Positions 57,609 through 64,000 of a stretch of DNA of 64,000 bases are shown here, in pieces. Location of the stretch: assembly GCA_020845935.1 (NCBI GenBank), contig JADLEV010000039.1, forward strand, positions 32,078 through 96,077, read 5' to 3'. Made by a program: the position numbers and the translations under genes. Position 1 is the stretch's first letter, and each line of letters begins with the position of its first letter. Under the pieces are notes generated by a model. The model ran no database searches. It was not told the origin of the DNA and saw only the letters and a program-made list of their open reading frames with translations. This stretch comes from Gammaproteobacteria bacterium (GTDB lineage: Bacteria; Pseudomonadota; Gammaproteobacteria; Ga0077536).

Positions 57609-58646
57609 CTATGGCGTCGCGCGATACCACGCGACCGTCCTGCGCAGTCCTTCGCGAGTCGCGACAACGGGCGCATAGCCGAGTTCGTCGCGGGCGCGCT
57701 GGCAGTCGAAGTGACTGTCGGCCATCACGGCGCGGATGCGGTAGCGCGTGAGCGGTGGCATGCGATCGGGGCGCAACCAGCGCGACACGTCCTCGACGGC
57801 CGCGGCGAGCGGCAGCGCCAGCGCGGCGGGCAGTGACCGGCGCGGCGGCGGGCAACCGAGTTCCTCGCAGGCGGCGAACAGATAGTCGTGCCAGGTGATG
57901 CGGCCGGCATCGGTGATGTTGTAGACCCGCCCCGCGGCGTTGGGCCGAGTGGCCGCCAGCCAGATCGCCTGCACGAGATTGTCGACATAGGCCGGCGCGA
58001 GCAGATGGCGGCCGCGATCGACCAGCGGCAAGCGGCCACGTTCCAGCGCGGCGAACAGCGGTGCGCTGGTGATACGGTCATGCGGCCCGTACAGTCCGCC
58101 CGGTCGCAACACCGTCACCTCGAGATCGGCGCCGTGCGCGGCGCGCGCCAGCCGTTCACCCTGTTGCTTGGAGCTGATGTAGGGATCGCGCGGCCGCGCG
58201 AGCCAGGGCTGATCCTCGGTGACCTCGACAAGACCGGGAAAGCCGTAGACGCTGACCGTGCTGAGGTGCACGACGCGCCGCACGACGCTCGCCCGCGCCG
58301 CCGCCAGAACTTCGGTCACGCCGCGAACATTGGCGGCTTCGAACAGCTTCCAGGCACCCCAGTCCGCGGTGCGCGCGGCGGCATGGACGACCACCGTGCA
58401 GCCAGCGAACGCCCGCTGCAATGAAGCGGCGTCGCCCAAATCGCCTTCGTGGACTTGCAGCTCCGGCATGTTGGCGATGCCGCGGCGATCGGCGCCGGCG
58501 CGGACCAGGGCCTGCACCCGATGGCCGGCGGCGAGCAGATGCCGGCAGAGGTTGCTGCCGACGAAGCCGTTGGCGCCGGTGAGGCCGAACGTCAGCACGG
58601 GCCCGGAGCCACGATGGGGAATCGGCGCCGGCTCGACCTGGGTCAT
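57609..58646 (-). CDS. NAD-dependent epimerase/dehydratase (extended SDR, 3-beta-HSD-like)
   Basis: GLTGANGFVGSNLCRHLLAAGH (GxxGxxG), YISSK (YxxxK). Confidence 0.8.
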   Translation of the reverse strand: MTQVEPAPIPHRGSGPVLTFGLTGANGFVGSNLCRHLLAAGHRVQALVRAGADRRGIANMPELQVHEGDLGDAASLQRAFAGCTVVVHAAARTADWGAWKLFEAANVRGVTEVLAAARASVVRRVVHLSTVSVYGFPGLVEVTEDQPWLARPRDPYISSKQQGERLARAAHGADLEVTVLRPGGLYGPHDRITSAPLFAALERGRLPLVDRGRHLLAPAYVDNLVQAIWLAATRPNAAGRVYNITDAGRITWHDYLFAACEELGCPPPRRSLPAALALPLAAAVEDVSRWLRPDRMPPLTRYRIRAVMADSHFDCQRARDELGYAPVVATREGLRRTVAWYRATP

Positions 58647-58653
58647 AGGGGCT

Positions 58654-59490
58654 TCAGTTCGTCCCGGTGCGGCGATTCAGCACCGGCATCTGATCGAAGT
58701 AGGGCCGGATCACTTCCGAGCGATCACGTTCAAATGCGGCGAACGGGCCGTCGAAGAACACGCGTCCGTCATGCAGCATCACCGTGCGCGGCCGCAGCCG
58801 CAGCAGCAGGTCCTTGTCGTGGGTGATGATGATCGTGGTTCGCGCGATGCCGCCGGCCAGACGCGTGTCATGAGTCTGTTGAATCAGCTGGTGGATCTGT
58901 GCGGAGCTGGCGGGATCGAGGCCGGTGGTTGGTTCGTCGTAGAACAGCACGACCGGTTCCATCGCAATCGCCCGTGCGATCGCCAGCCGCTTCGCCATGC
59001 CACCGGACAGTTCGAGATGATCCATGCGCAGGAATTCATCGTCGCAGTCGAGACCGACCGCGGTGAGACTGCGGCGAGCGATCGGGACGATGACGTCGTC
59101 GTCGAGCTGGCGCACTTCCTTCAGCCACAGCGCGATGTTGTCGTAGACGCTGCCGGAGAACAGCGCATTGCGCTGGAACACGACCCCCCAGTGCTGATGC
59201 AGCCGATCGATCGCGAAGCTGTCGAGCTCGTCGAGGGCGCGCAGCGGCAATGCCGGATCGCCATGATCGACCACGCGCACATGTCCCCGGTCGGGACGGA
59301 GCTTGCCGAGGATGTGGCCGAGCAGCACGGTCTTGCCGCAGCCGGAGCCGCCGACGATCGCCAGCGTTTCCCCGCATCGGATCGTCAGGTCGATTCCCTG
59401 CAGGACTGCGTTGTCGCCGAATGACTTGTACAGGCGCTCGACCTGGATCTCGATCGGGGCCAGCGCATCGACTGTGGTGGAACCGTTCAC
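58654..59490 (-). CDS. Orphan ABC transporter ATP-binding protein (MlaF/Ttg2A-like)
   Basis: Walker A GGSGCGKT, signature LSGGMAKRLAIARAIA, Walker B VLFYDEPTTGLDP. I chose the GTG start at 59490 to avoid overlapping the upstream gene. No permease gene is adjacent. Confidence 0.8.
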   Translation of the reverse strand: MNGSTTVDALAPIEIQVERLYKSFGDNAVLQGIDLTIRCGETLAIVGGSGCGKTVLLGHILGKLRPDRGHVRVVDHGDPALPLRALDELDSFAIDRLHQHWGVVFQRNALFSGSVYDNIALWLKEVRQLDDDVIVPIARRSLTAVGLDCDDEFLRMDHLELSGGMAKRLAIARAIAMEPVVLFYDEPTTGLDPASSAQIHQLIQQTHDTRLAGGIARTTIIITHDKDLLLRLRPRTVMLHDGRVFFDGPFAAFERDRSEVIRPYFDQMPVLNRRTGTN

Positions 59491-59551
59491 GGCGATCTCC
59501 TCGCGGCGCCTGCGGGAGGACGGGCGCCGCGCCCGTTCCCGCTGCCAACGA

Positions 59552-60964
59552 TCAGGCGGTGGCCGGCTCGGCCTTGCTGGTCTTGCGGACCATGACCTTC
59601 GCCTTGCCGAGCAGAAAATCGATCCCCTTGCCCTCGCAACTGGCGGCAATGAAGATGTTCTCGTCGGTCACCGGCAGTTCATGTTCGCGCAGCTTGGCGA
59701 TCGCGCGCGGAATGCCCGGTTCGGTGCGATCGAGCGGATCGCCGTCGAAGTAGGGTTTGCGCCGCTGCTTCTCCGCCAGCTTGACGATCTCCGGATCCGG
59801 TGGCACCGGCGTGCGGCCGTAATAGCCGAGCACCATATCGCCGTAGTCGGGTGTGATCATCTTCCAGCGACCGCGCGCGACATTCATGTATGCCTGCTGG
59901 AAATAGAACTGCGATACCGGCGTCACCGAGGTGCCGAAGCCACCGCGCCGCACCACTTCGCTCATTTCCTTGATCACCTTCGGGAACAGATGCAGCGTGT
60001 TGATGTCGCGCATCATCATCGTGTTCGCGGTCAGCGCGCCGCCCGGCATCGGGCACAGCGCGACGATCGCGGACACCTGCTTCGACTCCGGCGGAATGAA
60101 GTAATCGCGCATGCAGTCCTCGAATACCTCGGTCGCGACCAGCACCTTGTCGTAATCGACGTCGAGTTCGTAATCGGTACCCTTCAGCGCATGCCACATG
60201 CTGATGATGTCGGGCTGCGAGGTGCCGCCGGAGACCGGGCTCTGCGCCAGATCGATGCCGTCGATGCCGGCCTCGATCGCGGCCAGGTACTGCGCGATGC
60301 CGCAGCCGACCGTGTCATGCGTGTGCAGCCGCAGCATCGTGCCTTCGGGCACCATCCTGCGCGCCGCCTTGATGGTCTCGTGGACCTTGCGCGGATGCGC
60401 GGTGCCGGTCGAATCCTTGAAGCATATCGAATCAAATGGAATGTCCTGATCCAGCACTTCACGCAGCCGGGCGAGATAGAAATCCGGCGTGTGCGCGCCG
60501 TCGCACCCGGGCGGCAGATCCATGATCGTGATCGCCAGCTCGTGCTTCAGGCCATGATGCGTGATCCGCTCGGCCGAATAGCGCAGGTTACGCATATCGT
60601 TCAGCGCGTCGAAGTTGCGGATGGTCGTCATGCCATGGCGTTTGAACAGTGCCGCGTGCAGGTCGATGATGTCATGCGGCTGGATGCCGAGCGCGACCAC
60701 GTTGATGCCGCGCGCCAGCGTTTGCAGAGTCGCGTCGGGGCCGACCGTGGCGCGGAACGCGTCCATCATGTCGAACGCCGACTGATTGCAGTAGAAGAAC
60801 AGGCTCTGGAAGCGCGCGCCGCCGCCCGCCTCGAAATGTGTGATGCCCGCTTCCGCGCTGGCCTTGACGGCCGGCAGAAAATCCTCGGTCAACACCCGCG
60901 CGCCGAAGACCGACTGAAAGCCGTCCCGGAACGAGGTGTCCATTACCTTGATGCGCTTTTTCAA
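59552..60964 (-). CDS. Pyruvate/oxaloacetate carboxyltransferase (transcarboxylase 5S-like), no biotinyl domain
   Basis: MDTSFRDGFQS, FDALND, LHTHDTVGCGIA (HMGL-like TIM barrel) plus a PYC_OADA-type region. At 470 aa, the C-terminus lacks an (A/V)MKM biotinylation motif. Confidence 0.8.
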   Translation of the reverse strand: MKKRIKVMDTSFRDGFQSVFGARVLTEDFLPAVKASAEAGITHFEAGGGARFQSLFFYCNQSAFDMMDAFRATVGPDATLQTLARGINVVALGIQPHDIIDLHAALFKRHGMTTIRNFDALNDMRNLRYSAERITHHGLKHELAITIMDLPPGCDGAHTPDFYLARLREVLDQDIPFDSICFKDSTGTAHPRKVHETIKAARRMVPEGTMLRLHTHDTVGCGIAQYLAAIEAGIDGIDLAQSPVSGGTSQPDIISMWHALKGTDYELDVDYDKVLVATEVFEDCMRDYFIPPESKQVSAIVALCPMPGGALTANTMMMRDINTLHLFPKVIKEMSEVVRRGGFGTSVTPVSQFYFQQAYMNVARGRWKMITPDYGDMVLGYYGRTPVPPDPEIVKLAEKQRRKPYFDGDPLDRTEPGIPRAIAKLREHELPVTDENIFIAASCEGKGIDFLLGKAKVMVRKTSKAEPATA

Positions 60965-60997
60965 CGATTCCTCCAGTGAGACTCGAATAGCAATGAT

Positions 60998-63082
<2,085 letters not shown>

Positions 63083-63133
63083 CGAATGCCCGGCGATTAT
63101 ACAGAAGGCGACCCCCGCCCGGCCGGGTCGGCG

Positions 63134-63448
63134 CTAGGTTTGTGGCAGCGCCATCGTCTCGGACCCTGCCAGCCACCTCGCCAAATCCCCACGCCGATCC
63201 GCCGCCGCGAGATCATCGAAGCCGCCGACGTGGCGCTCACCGATGTAGATCTGCGGCACGGTGCGGCGGCCAGTGCGCTGCATCATTTCCTGGAGCGCCG
63301 CGTCGGACTGATCGACGTCGACCTCGGTGATTTGCGTGACGCCGCGCGCCGCGAGCAGCGCCTTGGCGCGGCTGCAGAAGGGGCAGTGTTCGGTGGTGTA
63401 CATCGTGATGGCAGTATTCATGGCGGCGTTGTCCGGGGTCTTGGTCAT
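63134..63448 (-). CDS. grxC: Glutaredoxin 3
   Basis: ITMYTTEHCPFCSRAKALL...RRTVPQIYIGERHVGGFDDL (CPFC active site). An alternative ATG lies at 63421. Confidence 0.85.
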   Translation of the reverse strand: MTKTPDNAAMNTAITMYTTEHCPFCSRAKALLAARGVTQITEVDVDQSDAALQEMMQRTGRRTVPQIYIGERHVGGFDDLAAADRRGDLARWLAGSETMALPQT

Positions 63449-63472
63449 TCGTTCGTGTGTGTTGGCGATGCC

Positions 63473-63501
63473 CTGAACGGGTCCGTCATGGACCCGCTCA
63501 G
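63473..63501. repeat. REP-like palindrome, divergent third copy
   Basis: CTGAACGGGTCC-GTCAT-GGACCCGCTCAG (12-bp stem, 1 mismatch). It has the same CTGAACnnGTCC...GGACnnG(T/C)TCAG frame as 42603-42632 and lies just downstream of the aldehyde dehydrogenase stop. Confidence 0.5.
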
Positions 63502-63537
63502 GCTTGGCTGTTTGGAGCGAATCCTCGGCCGATGCGG

Positions 63538-64000
63538 CTAACGGTGGCGATACACCGCGCGTTCATGCGAGAACGCCTTGAAGCCGAAGTGGCCGTGGTA
63601 GCTGCCCATGCCGCTCTGGTTGACGCCGCCGAACGGCAGCTGGTTTTCCAGATAATGCGAGAACACGCCGTTGATGGTGACGCCGCCGGAGGAAGTGCGA
63701 CTGAGGATCCGATCGATGTGCTCCTGGTCGTCGCTGTAGAGGTACAGCGCCAGCGGCTTGTCGCGCTGCTCGATGTAGCCGAGCACGTCATCGAGTTTGT
63801 CGTAAGTCAGCACCGGGACGATCGGTCCGAAGATCTCTTCCTGCAATATCTTCATGTCGGGCGTGACATCGATGAGCAGCGTCGGATGTACCGTACGATC
63901 GTCGGCTTCGAGAATGCCGCCGACGGCGACCTTCGCACCCTTGGCGATCGCATCATCGAACAAGCGCTTGATGCGCTCGAAGTTTTGCGGATTGACAATC
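63538..64000 (-). CDS. Aldehyde dehydrogenase, C-terminal part (5' end beyond window)
   Basis: EEIFGPIVPVLTY, FGGVNQSGMGSYHGHFGFKAFSH. The frame stays open upstream of the listed TTG at 63963 (...NPQNFERIKRLFDD...). Confidence 0.85.
   Translation of the reverse strand, partial: IVNPQNFERIKRLFDDAIAKGAKVAVGGILEADDRTVHPTLLIDVTPDMKILQEEIFGPIVPVLTYDKLDDVLGYIEQRDKPLALYLYSDDQEHIDRILSRTSSGGVTINGVFSHYLENQLPFGGVNQSGMGSYHGHFGFKAFSHERAVYRHR

Overview
This is a high-GC (about 65% by eye) chromosomal segment of gammaproteobacterial type. It is densely packed with about 58 protein-coding genes, and most are housekeeping. Calls rest on motifs I read in the supplied translations plus start and stop codons I checked in the nucleotide sequence; no database search was possible.

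Recognisable core genes:
- DNA and translation: parE-parC (topoisomerase IV), the complete EF-P beta-lysylation set epmB / efp / epmA, a YoaA/DinG-family helicase, asnS.
- Metabolism: xseB-ispA, thrH, icd, bioA, class I fumarase, a maleylacetoacetate isomerase-like GST, an MTHFR-family gene, grxC, a YgiQ radical-SAM protein.
- Envelope, transport and signalling: an Atm1-type ABC exporter, an RND efflux pair, a RegB/RegA-type and a BaeSR-like two-component system, a REC-PAS-histidine kinase plus REC-PAS-GGDEF-EAL pair, a TonB-dependent receptor, and a MoxR-DUF58 module.

The DUF58 gene runs off the left edge and is missing from the ORF track. I saw no rRNA, tRNA, CRISPR array, IS element, integrase, reverse transcriptase or prophage signature. 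The many long ORFs antisense to these genes are typical high-GC shadow ORFs.

I did not find a convincing new multi-gene system. The best leads are:
1. A terminator-bounded, ORF-free interval of about 200 nt downstream of epmB with an anti-Shine-Dalgarno-like C/U tract (candidate sRNA or 3'UTR RNA).
2. A heavily eroded type I secretion locus (ABC and HlyD fragments) between the BaeS-like kinase and an orphan lptF.
3. A small Mrr-cat-like (D...QxK) ORF wedged between epmA and yoaA, followed by a dimeric-dUTPase-like gene.
4. A carboxyltransferase lacking a biotin-carrier domain, followed by an orphan MlaF-like ATPase and an SDR.
5. Functional-looking pairings: an L,D-transpeptidase with a C-terminal-Lys Lpp/OprI-like lipoprotein, and an RCK K+ channel with a stand-alone EIIA(Ntr)-like protein.
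6. A small family of REP-like palindromes (CTGAACnnGTCC...GGACnnGTTCAG) in three intergenic regions.
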